Source: Polyangiaceae bacterium
Lineage (GTDB): Bacteria > Myxococcota_A > Polyangia > Polyangiales > Polyangiaceae
DNA length: 64,000 nucleotides
Assembly: GCA_044376115.1 (NCBI GenBank)
Contig: JBILLK010000007.1
Span: forward strand, 1 to 64,000
Direction of reading: 5' to 3'
Numbering within the stretch: the first letter of the stretch is position 1; the number at the start of each line of letters is the position of its first letter. Below the pieces are notes generated by a model that was not told where the DNA came from, made no database searches, and worked only from the letters and a program-made list of their open reading frames with translations. The position numbers and the translations under genes were made by a program. Shown here one piece after another: positions 19,028-30,233 of the stretch.

Positions 19028-19384
19028 ATGACCGTCCAAAACATTCTGCTGCTGGTCGTCGGTCTGCTGCTCGCGTGGACCTTGGCGCGCTCGCTGCTCG
19101 GCAAGGTCGCGCCGGAGCGCGCGCGGGAAATGGTGAAGGCGGGGGCCAAGCTCGTCGATGTGCGCTCGAAGGGCGAGCACGCTGGGGGCCATATTGCGGG
19201 CTCGCTCAACATCCCGGTGGATCAACTGGGTGCGCGCCTCGAGGAGCTCGAGCCGAAAGACCAGCCCATCGTCGTCTATTGCGCCAGCGGCATGCGCTCG
19301 GCGGGGGCTGCGCGGCTGTTGCGCTCACGCGGCTTCACCGCTGTGGTGGACCTTGGCGGCATGAGTCGTTGGAAGAGCGAATGA
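19028..19384 (+). CDS. membrane-anchored rhodanese-like protein
   Basis: N-terminal TM helix; LVDVRS..EH..GHIAGSLNIP; YCASGMRS active loop. Confidence 0.9.
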   Translation: MTVQNILLLVVGLLLAWTLARSLLGKVAPERAREMVKAGAKLVDVRSKGEHAGGHIAGSLNIPVDQLGARLEELEPKDQPIVVYCASGMRSAGAARLLRSRGFTAVVDLGGMSRWKSE

Positions 19385-19908
19385 GCTGGGGGTGGCGCGC
19401 GAGCTTGGGGCGGGCGCTCACGGGTGTGCTGCTGCTCACGCAGCTGCGCTGCAGCTCGGTGCGCGTTGAGGACGGGTCTGGAGGCGAACGACAGGGCGCA
19501 GCTGCCGTTGACGGCGGAGGCGGCGCTGCGGGCGCTGCAACGGGAGCGGCCTCGGCTGTTGGCGGCAGTGGCGGAGAGTTGAACGGCGCCGGCGGTACAG
19601 CGGGTGCCGGCGGCATGCCCGAGCCTTTGGTCCCACCGATCCCGCCCTGTTTCCCTGCGGTCGTGGACGACTTCTCCGATGCTTCGGCTTCCGCGGCCAC
19701 GTGGATTGCTTCCAACGTCAACTTCGTCAACGGCACCGCCGTACTTGGCGCGGATAGGTTATTCGTAACCAGCCTCGAGCTGCCGTACTCGCTTGCAGAG
19801 GGTGAAACCAAGCTTCACCTCGTCCGCTATGACGCTGTCCCGGCGTTCTGGGTGGATAACGTTTCGGTCCTCCCGGACAAGCTGATCCTGACCTTCCCCG
19901 GACCATGA
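19381..19908 (+). CDS. hypothetical secreted/lipoprotein
   Basis: Start and stop overlap both neighbours (ATGA couplings); signal-like N-terminus and Gly-rich linker. Confidence 0.55.
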   Translation: MSWGWRASLGRALTGVLLLTQLRCSSVRVEDGSGGERQGAAAVDGGGGAAGAATGAASAVGGSGGELNGAGGTAGAGGMPEPLVPPIPPCFPAVVDDFSDASASAATWIASNVNFVNGTAVLGADRLFVTSLELPYSLAEGETKLHLVRYDAVPAFWVDNVSVLPDKLILTFPGP

Positions 19909-20702
19909 ACAAGCCGTCGTTCGTAGTCGTCTGCTTTGCTCTGTGGGGCTGCTCTCCCGCGGGGGCTCCGCCGAGCGATACGGTCGAGGTTTCGCTCCCG
20001 AGTTCGCTCGCAAGCACGCCCAACGCCTCCGCCGCGAACGATCGCAAGCCGGCTGCCTCGCCCGCCGCGGTGGAGGCGTGTGTCGCGGCGATCGATAGCG
20101 TCGGGGCCTTCGACCCCACGCCCGGTGACAGCTTCAAACGGCTGGCCCGAGCTTGCCACGGCCTCTATTCGGAGGCCGGCTGCAGTCGCGCTTGGACGCT
20201 GGCCGCGGAGGATGAAACCGGGCCGGCCGACCGTCTGCGTATCCTCACCGAGGGCTGCCGCGCGGCCTACTGTCCCAGCGTCGGCGTTGGGCTCGCGGCC
20301 TGCTCCGAGGCGCGCTGGAGCGCCGCTTCGACCGAGGAGCGCGCGCAGGCGTGGTTCGAGTTGAACGAGGCCATCCGGCTCCGCGAGCTATCGCCGGAGC
20401 AGTTGCAGCGCGTGAAGAGCGCCGAGGCGAAGGTGCGTCTGCGGCGCGTGGAGGCCGTTGAAGTCGACCTGCAGCCGCCGCCGGCTGCACCTTCGGTCTC
20501 GGTCGAGCTCGACGCGGCCGGTATGGTCTCGGCCGCGGGCCAGAAGCGCCCGCTCGCCGAGTTGAGCCAGCTGCTCGGCCCGGCCCGCAACGCCGAACTC
20601 GTCGTGACGGTCGAGAAGGCCACGCCGATGCCGATCGTGGTGAAGTTTATGGACGCCGCCAAAGCCGCCGGCTTCAGTAAGGTCACGATGTCGGTGCGGT
20701 AG
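19905..20702 (+). CDS. lipoprotein with Cys-rich helical domain and C-terminal ExbD/TolR-like domain
   Basis: Lipobox LWGC; C-terminal VVTVEKATPMPIVVKFMDAAKAAGFSKV resembles the ExbD periplasmic domain. Confidence 0.65.
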   Translation: MNKPSFVVVCFALWGCSPAGAPPSDTVEVSLPSSLASTPNASAANDRKPAASPAAVEACVAAIDSVGAFDPTPGDSFKRLARACHGLYSEAGCSRAWTLAAEDETGPADRLRILTEGCRAAYCPSVGVGLAACSEARWSAASTEERAQAWFELNEAIRLRELSPEQLQRVKSAEAKVRLRRVEAVEVDLQPPPAAPSVSVELDAAGMVSAAGQKRPLAELSQLLGPARNAELVVTVEKATPMPIVVKFMDAAKAAGFSKVTMSVR

Positions 20703-20731
20703 GCCGCACGGGAGGGCGCGCGAGTGCGCGC

Positions 20732-22279
<1,548 letters not shown>

Positions 22280-22318
22280 GGCGCCGTCTTAATCGATCTC
22301 GGGCCCGAGGTAGAGGGG

Positions 22319-23782
22319 CTACGTAGTGCAATTGCGCGCCGCGATCAGCGCGGTGATCTTGGCGCGCACCAGCTCCAGCTCTCGCACCGTCAAGGTCAGC
22401 TCGGTTTCGCGCAGTCGCCGCGAGGCCTCCACCAGTTCGAAGCTGGTGATCCCGGGCGCCCCTTCGTCAAAGGCGCGCTGCGTTAGCTCCTCGGTGCGCT
22501 TGGCCAGGTCGCGCGTGGCTTGGGCGATGTCCATCGACTCTTGCGCGACCGTGACGCCGCGTTCGGCCTGGACGACCTCGATCGTCGCCGAGCGCGTGGT
22601 TCCGTCGATGCGCTCGGAGGCTTGCTGGACCGCGGCCTCCGCGACCGCTTTGGCGCCGTAACGTGCCCCGCCGTCCCAGATCGGAATCGAAAGTAAGCCC
22701 TGGACGCTCCAGCTGGCGTGACCTGAGCCAAGGATGCGTTCGCTCGAGTAGTTGAAGGTCGATGAGAGCTCCGCCGTCGGCGAATAGAGCAGGTCCGCGT
22801 CGGTCAGCGCGCGCTCGGCGATCGCCTTCTGCTTGGCTAGCAGCTTGAGATCGGCGCGGTCGACGAGGTCGCCCTTTTCACAAATACGTCCGAGCGTTTC
22901 TTGGATCTCGTCGATCGAAATATCAGGCGAAACGCCGTAGCTCTTGGTGGTGCCGAGCGCGAGCCCCAGCCGTTCGCGGGCGCGTTTGAGCGTCTCGTCC
23001 CCGGTGATGATGGTCGAGCGCGCCGAAACGACGTCCTGCTCGAAGCGCAACAGATCGAGATCGGTCCCGGCGCCGAGCTCTTTGCGCCGGTTTTGCAAGC
23101 GCAGCCGCTCGATGGCCGCCGTCAGCCCGATGCGATTGACCTCGGCGATGCGCTCGGCGGTGACCGCACTGACGATGGCATCGGCGACAGCCGCCACAAG
23201 CACGCGCTTGCGCGCCTCGATGCTCAGCTCGGCCGCTTCAACCTGCGCATCCGCGGTGCCGATGGCCCACCAAACGCGCGGCGCAAGCAGCGGTTGGCGC
23301 AAGCTGACCGAAAAGTTGGCTACGGGCGAGAGGGGGAGGGTGATGGTCTCGAGCTCGCCGGTGTCCGGGTTGATGTTGGGTAGGTCGGCGCGGATCAACG
23401 CGAACGTGACGACTCCAGACGCGGAGACGATGGGCAGCGTTCCAGCCAACGTCTGTCGTCGCGCCCCGCGCAAACGTGTGACCTCGAGCAGCGCCACCGA
23501 GTAGTCAGGGTCCTCGGCCGAGGCGAGCTGCAACGCTTGTTGCCAGTTGCTGAGGATCTCGGCGGGCGGCGGGGGCGGCGCCAGCGACGGATCGAGCGGC
23601 GCCTCGTCCGCAGGCGTCACTGCAGTTGCGGCTGGCGTCGGAGTTGCGGCTGGAGCTGAAGCCGCTGCGGGAGCGGCTGGTTTGGTTTGAGCAGCGGCCA
23701 CCTGCGCGCTGGCTGCGCTGAGCATGACGGCCGAAAGTGCCAGAGCCCTGCGAGCGCTCCGAGCGGTGCTGCTTTTCATCAT
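22319..23782 (-). CDS. TolC family outer membrane efflux protein
   Basis: Signal peptide; two OEP-like repeats (SLRQPLL; LSIPIWDGG) with long helices. Confidence 0.85.
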   Translation of the reverse strand: MMKSSTARSARRALALSAVMLSAASAQVAAAQTKPAAPAAASAPAATPTPAATAVTPADEAPLDPSLAPPPPPAEILSNWQQALQLASAEDPDYSVALLEVTRLRGARRQTLAGTLPIVSASGVVTFALIRADLPNINPDTGELETITLPLSPVANFSVSLRQPLLAPRVWWAIGTADAQVEAAELSIEARKRVLVAAVADAIVSAVTAERIAEVNRIGLTAAIERLRLQNRRKELGAGTDLDLLRFEQDVVSARSTIITGDETLKRARERLGLALGTTKSYGVSPDISIDEIQETLGRICEKGDLVDRADLKLLAKQKAIAERALTDADLLYSPTAELSSTFNYSSERILGSGHASWSVQGLLSIPIWDGGARYGAKAVAEAAVQQASERIDGTTRSATIEVVQAERGVTVAQESMDIAQATRDLAKRTEELTQRAFDEGAPGITSFELVEASRRLRETELTLTVRELELVRAKITALIAARNCTT

Positions 23783-23830
23783 GCTGCCGGTTTGAAACGG
23801 GCTTGCAGCGAACGCAACCCGTTTGAACGC

Positions 23831-24502
23831 TCAATCCGGCGTGGACGCGTTGCGCTCGCGACGGGCTTCGCGGGTGAGCCAACTCAAGAACTCGCGTTGG
23901 TCGGGCCGCAAGCCGCGCGCCCCGGCGAGCGCCGCCTCGACCAGCTCCAACCCCTCGCAGGCTCGGCCGAGTTGCGCCAACGTGTTTGCGTAGCTCATCG
24001 CCGTATCGGGGCAGCCACGGTCGGCCTCGTACGCTTGTTTGAGCAACGGCAAGGCGCGTGCCGGCGCACGTTCGTAGACGTCGAGCAGGTGGCCAAGGTT
24101 ATGCGCGTAGCGAGGTTGGCTCGGCGAAAGCGCGAGCGCTTTGCCGTAACACGTGATCGCGAAGCCACAATTGCCGAGCAACGATTGCGCAAGCCCGAGG
24201 GCGGCCCAGGCCGCATGCTCTTTGGGCGAATCCGAGAGCAGTTGTCGCGCCCGTAAGGAGGCTCCCCAAGGGTCACTCTCGGCGCTGCGCAGGGCCAGCT
24301 CGCGCAGCGCGAAGCGCCAAGCCTCCGAGCCCCACTCGGCCTCTTCCGCGATGCCTTGCAGCGCTGGCAACAAGTACGGGTTCGACTCGCCGGCCCAAAT
24401 GGCGCGCTCGACCGAACGCACCCGCTCTTGCACCCGCCGCAAGCGTTCCCGCCGCTCGGCCCCTGGATGCAGGGTCACCCTCGGGAAGGAATCGCGCGGC
24501 AT
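23831..24502 (-). CDS. TPR-containing protein
   Basis: AWAALGLAQSLLG...YGKALALSP...YAHNLG TPR pattern. Confidence 0.7.
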   Translation of the reverse strand: MPRDSFPRVTLHPGAERRERLRRVQERVRSVERAIWAGESNPYLLPALQGIAEEAEWGSEAWRFALRELALRSAESDPWGASLRARQLLSDSPKEHAAWAALGLAQSLLGNCGFAITCYGKALALSPSQPRYAHNLGHLLDVYERAPARALPLLKQAYEADRGCPDTAMSYANTLAQLGRACEGLELVEAALAGARGLRPDQREFLSWLTREARRERNASTPD

Positions 24503-24578
24503 CTCTTCTTGATAACGGTCCAACAGCGACCAAGCCAAGGGATTTCCACCGAGATCCCTTGGCTTGTCGAGTGGAGGC

Positions 24579-26954
24579 TCAGTTCGCCGGCTCGTCTACG
24601 CGTTGATCCCGGGCGATCTCGACCAGGACCGAGGCTTTGCCGCACAGCGGCTGGCCGCTGAGCTTGCTGATCGCGCCTTGCGCGTCCTCTTTGCGAACCG
24701 CGACGAAGGTGTGGCGATCGCGAACGCGAATGCGCTTGACGTTGTCTTTGTCGATGCCGGCCTGTTCGACCAAGGCGCGCAGCAGGTCTTGGGCGCGAGC
24801 GCCGTCGCGACGGCCGACGCCGACGAAGAGCTCCACCAAGGCCGCGTCGGGGATGAAGACGAGCGTGGTCGGCTCGTCGGGGGTGCCGGGCTTGCGGTTC
24901 GGGATGATCGGCTCGTCGTCACCGGCCTCGGCCGGCGGCGACCAAGAGGCGAAGTCCCGCGGCCGGGTCGGCCCGAGGCGAGCGTCCGAGCCGCGCTCCC
25001 CACGATCGCTGCGCTCAGCGCGGTCATTGCGCTCGCGATCCCCACGGATCGTGCGCTCGGGTCGTTCACCGCGCGGCTCGAAGCGGTTCTCGCGAACTGG
25101 CTCGGCGCGTACCGGCTCGATCCGGGGCGTCTCGACGCCGGACGTGGAAACCGGGCTCTCGACGCGGGGGCTCTCGACGCGCGGGCCCTCGGCTTGCGGG
25201 CGCCCTTCAGCGCGGGGGCCTTCGATGCGGGGGCTCTCGGCTTGCGGGCGTCCTTCAGCGCGCGGCTCGCTGGCCGAACGCTCCGGTCGACGGTCACGTC
25301 GCGGTCCGCGGTCGCCGCGGTCACCACGGTCTCCACGATCACCGCCACGATCACCGCGATCACCACGGTCACCACGGTCACCACGATCGCCGCGGTCACC
25401 ACGGTCACCGCGCTCGCCTCGCTCAGCTACCGGAGCAGGGGCGGCCGGCGCTACAACGCTGGCCTCGCTGCTCACCGGAGCGCCGTTGCTTACTGGAGCG
25501 ACGTTGCTCACCGGGGCGCCGTTGCTGCGCGGCTCGTCGGCGGCACGTCGCTTGAGCGTCGCACGACGCAGGCCACGACGAGCTTGCGATGCGTCTTCTT
25601 GCGCGGCCGGTCGGGCGCCCAAGAACTCACGCAGCAGGCCGGCCAGGATGCCTTCGGCTTGGTCGTGCGTAAGCAGACGACGAGCGAGCGCTCGGTCATC
25701 TTCGTGCGTGCCCTTCGGCAGCATGGCGTCGGCGAGCATCGCGACGAGGTCTGCCTCAGCGCGCGTCTTCAGCTCGCCGGCGGAGGGCAGCACGCGCTCG
25801 ATCGGGCGGATCTTGTAGGTCAGACGCAGCAGGTACAGCCCGCCGATGTCTTGCGGCGTAACCAGCGCGATCGCGGTGCCGGTGCGGCCGGCGCGGCCGG
25901 TTCGGCCGGTGCGATGAACGTAGGTCTCGGCGTCTTGCGGGAAGTCGTAGTTGATGACGTGCGTCAGATGCGAGATGTCGATACCGCGCGCGGCGACGTC
26001 GGTGGCGACCAAGAAGCGCAGCCGGCCTTCCTTGGTGCGCCGCATCACCTCTTCGCGCTCGTTCTGCGCCAGATCGCCGTTCAGCCAATCGGCGTCGAAG
26101 CCGCGCGCGGTGAGCGCCTCGGCGACGGCCTGCGTTGCGTCTTTGGTGTTGCAGAAGACCACAGCGCTCTCGGGATTTTCGGTCTCGAGGATGCGCGCCA
26201 GCGAGGCGATCTTCTCCGAGCGAATCATGTACACGTAGTGCGCGATCGACAGCGCGCCCACGTGGTCGCCGGACAGCGTGATGAACTCGGGGTCCTTCAA
26301 TCGCGAGCGGGAGATGCGCTCGATATCCGGCGGAACCGTCGCCGAGAACAGCAGCGTCTGCCGCGATTTGGGCAAGAAGTCGAGGATCGCCGTGAGCTCC
26401 TTCTCGAAGCCCATCGACAACATCTCGTCCGCTTCGTCGAGCACCAACAGGCGCACCGAATCCGGCGAAATCGTGCCGCGGCGGAGATGGTCGAGCACGC
26501 GCCCGGGCGTTCCGACCACGACCTGTGCGCCGTCAGCGATGGCTGCCACCTGCTTCTCGAACGAAGCACCACCGTAAATGGCGGTGATCTTGGTCTCACG
26601 GTACTTCGCCAGACGCTCGAGCTCCTGCGAGACCTGCACCGCGAGTTCACGGGTCGGGCAAAGCGCTAACGCCTGCACCTTCGGGTTCGACCGCTTGACC
26701 ACGTGATCAATGATGGGCAGGCCGAAGCTCGCTGTTTTGCCGGTGCCGGTTCGCGCTTGGACCACGGCGTCTTTGCCGCGCGTCGCCGGGTCCCACACCG
26801 CGAGTTGCACCGGCGTCGGGTTGTCGTAGCCGACGTCTGCGAGGGCGCGTCGAACTTCGTCGGAGAGGGGGAGGGCGTCGAAGGTGGGGCGCGCGACTGG
26901 CGCTGTTTCTTCGTTCGGCGTGGATGCGTCGACCGCAACGTCTGCTTGTGTCAC
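24579..26954 (-). CDS. deaD: DEAD-box RNA helicase (DeaD/CsdA-like) with long disordered insert and DbpA-type RNA-binding C-domain
   Basis: Q motif PTPVQ, ARTGTGKT, PTRELA, TPGR, DEAD, SAT, ARGID, HRTGRTGRAG; C-terminal LFVGVGRRDG. GTG start at 26954 is inferred. Confidence 0.88.
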   Translation of the reverse strand: MTQADVAVDASTPNEETAPVARPTFDALPLSDEVRRALADVGYDNPTPVQLAVWDPATRGKDAVVQARTGTGKTASFGLPIIDHVVKRSNPKVQALALCPTRELAVQVSQELERLAKYRETKITAIYGGASFEKQVAAIADGAQVVVGTPGRVLDHLRRGTISPDSVRLLVLDEADEMLSMGFEKELTAILDFLPKSRQTLLFSATVPPDIERISRSRLKDPEFITLSGDHVGALSIAHYVYMIRSEKIASLARILETENPESAVVFCNTKDATQAVAEALTARGFDADWLNGDLAQNEREEVMRRTKEGRLRFLVATDVAARGIDISHLTHVINYDFPQDAETYVHRTGRTGRAGRTGTAIALVTPQDIGGLYLLRLTYKIRPIERVLPSAGELKTRAEADLVAMLADAMLPKGTHEDDRALARRLLTHDQAEGILAGLLREFLGARPAAQEDASQARRGLRRATLKRRAADEPRSNGAPVSNVAPVSNGAPVSSEASVVAPAAPAPVAERGERGDRGDRGDRGDRGDRGDRGDRGGDRGDRGDRGDRGPRRDRRPERSASEPRAEGRPQAESPRIEGPRAEGRPQAEGPRVESPRVESPVSTSGVETPRIEPVRAEPVRENRFEPRGERPERTIRGDRERNDRAERSDRGERGSDARLGPTRPRDFASWSPPAEAGDDEPIIPNRKPGTPDEPTTLVFIPDAALVELFVGVGRRDGARAQDLLRALVEQAGIDKDNVKRIRVRDRHTFVAVRKEDAQGAISKLSGQPLCGKASVLVEIARDQRVDEPAN

Positions 26955-27052
26955 GTGGCTTTTTCCGGTTTCTTGAGAAGACTGAGTTTTAAGGGGAGAG
27001 ACTCGCCTGGCGACTCGAAGGCCGAATCGCGAGGGTCGGGGCAGGGTGCCGA

Positions 27053-27589
27053 CTAGTGACCGCCGACCTGATTGGCAGCGGTGGAGCCTTGGGTTGTTCG
27101 CGCGGCGACGTCGGAGGCAACCTGCTTGCGCAAAGCAGCGAGGCTTGAGGCTTCTCGACGGACCGCATGTTCCTCCGCATAGCGGAGCCGCTCCAAGGCG
27201 TCGAGACTGCGTCGATCGGCCGCTGCCTGGCAGAGCCCTTGAATCGGCGGAAGTTCCACCCAAACCGGGTCAACTTCGGCCCGGAAGCGCAAGAGGCCCT
27301 TGGCTGGGTCGTTTTCCAGCTCGGCGGAGGCTCGGCCTTTTTCTATCGCGTTGTGAAGTGAGGCCAGGCCTTCCTCGCAGGTTTTGACGGTCGCGGGCAC
27401 AGGCGCCGGCCAGAAGATCTGCTTGGTGATCTGGCCGCTGGCGTAAAGCACCCAGCTGGAAACGAAGCTCAAGAACAAGATCGCCCCCCACTTCCGGGCT
27501 CGACGGGCCGGATCGGCCGGGGGAGTCGAAGCGCTGGGGCGGCTTCGAGCGGAGCGGGGAGGCGGTGAAGCGACCAACCGGGAGACCAT
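27053..27589 (-). CDS. hypothetical membrane protein
   Basis: One TM helix followed by a helical domain. Confidence 0.6.
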   Translation of the reverse strand: MVSRLVASPPPRSARSRPSASTPPADPARRARKWGAILFLSFVSSWVLYASGQITKQIFWPAPVPATVKTCEEGLASLHNAIEKGRASAELENDPAKGLLRFRAEVDPVWVELPPIQGLCQAAADRRSLDALERLRYAEEHAVRREASSLAALRKQVASDVAARTTQGSTAANQVGGH

Positions 27590-27656
27590 GCCTCAACCAG
27601 CGTTCGGCTGAAAGGCCGCTGATCAGGACGGGTGGCTGTATCCTGCCGGCACGACG

Positions 27657-29120
27657 GTGCTCAGGGTGATCGCAGGTCTCAATCGGAGTGTCCGCTTTCG
27701 GCGGAACTGCAGAAGCTTGCTGCTCGTGGCGGCGTGCTGGTCTGCACCCGCGAGCGTCCGCGCCGATCCGATCCCCACCGATGAGTTCCAGGTGGACCTT
27801 TTTCAAGGCCCACTGCTCGCGCCGCTGCGCGTCACCGCGCTCGGAGGCGCCTACGCCGGCTACGGTGAGGACTTGGCCGGAATGGTCGCCAACGCTGCCT
27901 CCACCGCGGTGCGACCGATCCGCGAGAGCCGCCACGTCGAGCTGGGGGCCTCGGCCTCGATCTCGATCCCGATCGATATCTTCGAGAACAACGACTTCGA
28001 CAACAGCGGCGATCTCGACACCGATACCTCCGACTTCATCTACGTGACGGGCGGTGCGGTGTTGAAGATCGGCGCTTTCGGCGTCGGAGCGACCTCCGAG
28101 GTCCAACGCTACGACATCGATATCGACGGCCCGAGCGGCACCACCACCTCCCCGGTCACCTTCTCCAAGACCCGGGTGCAAGCGGCGTGGGGCGGTCTCG
28201 GCGGGCAGATTCACGCGGGGGGTGGGGTGCGGGTGATCACGATGGGCCTCGACTATCGCGCCGGCAACCAAGCTTCGGGTAGCTCGCAATTCATCTTCGT
28301 CGGGGCAGCGCCGGAGTTCGGCCTGCTGGTCAAACCTGTGGCGCTGCCGCTGCGGTTTGGCGTCACGTACCGTTTTGCGGCCAAAGCGCTCGAGGTAACC
28401 GGCGGAGAATCCCCGGCGCTGCTCACGCTTCCCCGCGCCGTGCGTCAGCCGTGGGAGCTCGAAACCGGGCTCGCCTTTCAGCTGGGACCACGCCCGTTCA
28501 ACGTCTACTTCGTCGATCCGGAGGACGCCGATGATGAGGCTGAAGCGCGGGTGCGTGGGGCGCGCGAACTGCGCAAGCGCCAGCTCGAACGAGAGCTCGC
28601 ACGCGGCGACTCGGCCGGTGATCCCGAACTTAGCGAGGCCCGCGAGGCCGACCTCGAACAGCTCGAACAGCGCTGGCTCGAGGCCACCGAACAAGAACTC
28701 CACGACCAACGCGACAACGCCGTCGCGGCGATGCCGCGCGAGCACGTGCTCGTGCTGCTCAGCCTGCTCGCAACCGGGCCGGTCGAGAACGGCATCTCGG
28801 TCGAACGCTTCCTTTCGCAGACGACCACGAACGACCCGCCGAAGATCGGCTCCTCCGGCGGCGCGGTCAATTTTTCACCGCGCTTCGGCATCGAGGCCGA
28901 ACCGATCGAAAATTGGTTGGTGGTGCGAGGCGGCAGCTACTACGAGCCCAACCGTTTTGGCGGCGTCGGTCGTCAGCACTTTACCTTCGGCGCGCAATTG
29001 CGCGTCTTCTCCAGCGACTTTTGGGGCTTCTTCCCAGAGTGGCCGTACGGCGTCGAGGTCGCCATGGACCTCGCGCCTCGCTACGAGAGCATCAGCGCCT
29101 CAGTGGCGCTCTTTCGTTAG
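27657..29120 (+). CDS. putative outer-membrane beta-barrel protein with helical insertion
   Basis: Signal peptide; ALGGAYAG N-terminal motif (FadL/PorV-like); alternating beta-strand pattern; C-terminal ISASVALFR. Confidence 0.55.
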   Translation: MLRVIAGLNRSVRFRRNCRSLLLVAACWSAPASVRADPIPTDEFQVDLFQGPLLAPLRVTALGGAYAGYGEDLAGMVANAASTAVRPIRESRHVELGASASISIPIDIFENNDFDNSGDLDTDTSDFIYVTGGAVLKIGAFGVGATSEVQRYDIDIDGPSGTTTSPVTFSKTRVQAAWGGLGGQIHAGGGVRVITMGLDYRAGNQASGSSQFIFVGAAPEFGLLVKPVALPLRFGVTYRFAAKALEVTGGESPALLTLPRAVRQPWELETGLAFQLGPRPFNVYFVDPEDADDEAEARVRGARELRKRQLERELARGDSAGDPELSEAREADLEQLEQRWLEATEQELHDQRDNAVAAMPREHVLVLLSLLATGPVENGISVERFLSQTTTNDPPKIGSSGGAVNFSPRFGIEAEPIENWLVVRGGSYYEPNRFGGVGRQHFTFGAQLRVFSSDFWGFFPEWPYGVEVAMDLAPRYESISASVALFR

Positions 29121-29133
29121 TAGTGGCGCTGCA

Positions 29134-30156
29134 CTAGTTCAGCTCTTTGGAGGCTTTGTCGCTGGGCTCGATGCCGAGGAACACGCCCGAGATCTCGCGT
29201 TCGAGCGCCTCGAGGATCTCCGACTCGATGGTCGCGAGCTGACCGGCCTGCCGGGCAATGTTGAGCGCGTATAGAAACACGCGGCTGGCGCGTACCGGCC
29301 TGCGTGAACCGCCGAGATCCATCGGGCTGTCGAGATCCAGACCGTCGAGCACCACGAGCGCTCGCGGGTCCACGCCCTCGGCGACGAGCTCGACGCCGGG
29401 CACGTCGGAGATGAATACGTCGGCGCCGGCGACGCACTTGTGGAGCAGCGGGTTCAACTGCGAGAAGGCCTCTGCGGCAGCCTTTTCCCATTGTTCGCGC
29501 GAGGGGGACCACGGCGGAACGCCGTGCGCGAGATCCAGCTCACGCGCCTTGAGGAAGGCCACGGTTGCCCCTTTCTCATCACCGAGCTCATCGCGAACGA
29601 GCCCAGCGTAGTAGTGCGCCTCCGGGTGACGCGGGTCTTTGTCCGCGGCGTCCTCCACCAGCGGCTTGGCCTTCTCGACCTGGCCCATCTCATAGAACGC
29701 GCGGCCAACCAGAAAGAGGTGCGCAGGGTTCTCGTACGGACCGTCGGGGACGCGCGCGAGGATCGCCCGCGCTTCCTCCTTCTCACCCTTGCCGAGCAAG
29801 GCATCGAACTTGAGCAACAAGGCGTCGATCACCTCTTCATCTACCTCGGCGAACTCGAGCGCTTGGTCGCACATCTTGATCGCTTGATCAAAGTCGCCCA
29901 GCGGCGAGATGAACACCTCGGCGGCGTTGAGCATGGCCTCGAGGTACGTTTCATCGAGGGCGATCGCCTGTTGGTAGGCTTCGATCGCCTCGGAGCCTTC
30001 ACCTTCGAGCGCGGCGACGAAGCCGAGCAGGTTGTGCGCCTCCGGAGAGTTGGGGTCGACCTCGAGAGCTCGACGAGCTGACGCAGCTGCGCCTCGTGTG
30101 TCGCCCTTTTGGACGAGCTCCCACCCGCGATCGAGGTGAGCTGAGAACTGATCCAT
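29134..30156 (-). CDS. TPR protein with C-terminal minimal-zincin-like domain lacking HExxH
   Basis: Several TPRs (EAHNLLG, EAHYYAG); C-terminal ISDVP...VDPRAL...RVFLYALNI...LEREI. Confidence 0.7.
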   Translation of the reverse strand: MDQFSAHLDRGWELVQKGDTRGAAASARRALEVDPNSPEAHNLLGFVAALEGEGSEAIEAYQQAIALDETYLEAMLNAAEVFISPLGDFDQAIKMCDQALEFAEVDEEVIDALLLKFDALLGKGEKEEARAILARVPDGPYENPAHLFLVGRAFYEMGQVEKAKPLVEDAADKDPRHPEAHYYAGLVRDELGDEKGATVAFLKARELDLAHGVPPWSPSREQWEKAAAEAFSQLNPLLHKCVAGADVFISDVPGVELVAEGVDPRALVVLDGLDLDSPMDLGGSRRPVRASRVFLYALNIARQAGQLATIESEILEALEREISGVFLGIEPSDKASKELN

Positions 30157-30233
30157 GGCGCTAACCAAGTCGACTAGCGGGTACGCGTCAAGGCTTGACG
30201 CAACCAGGTCAACTCCCGGCCCGCACGCGACGA

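Noticed and set aside
24564..26669. 701-aa plus-strand ORF
   Set aside because: Antisense shadow of the DEAD-box helicase, as expected in high-GC DNA; no recognisable motifs.
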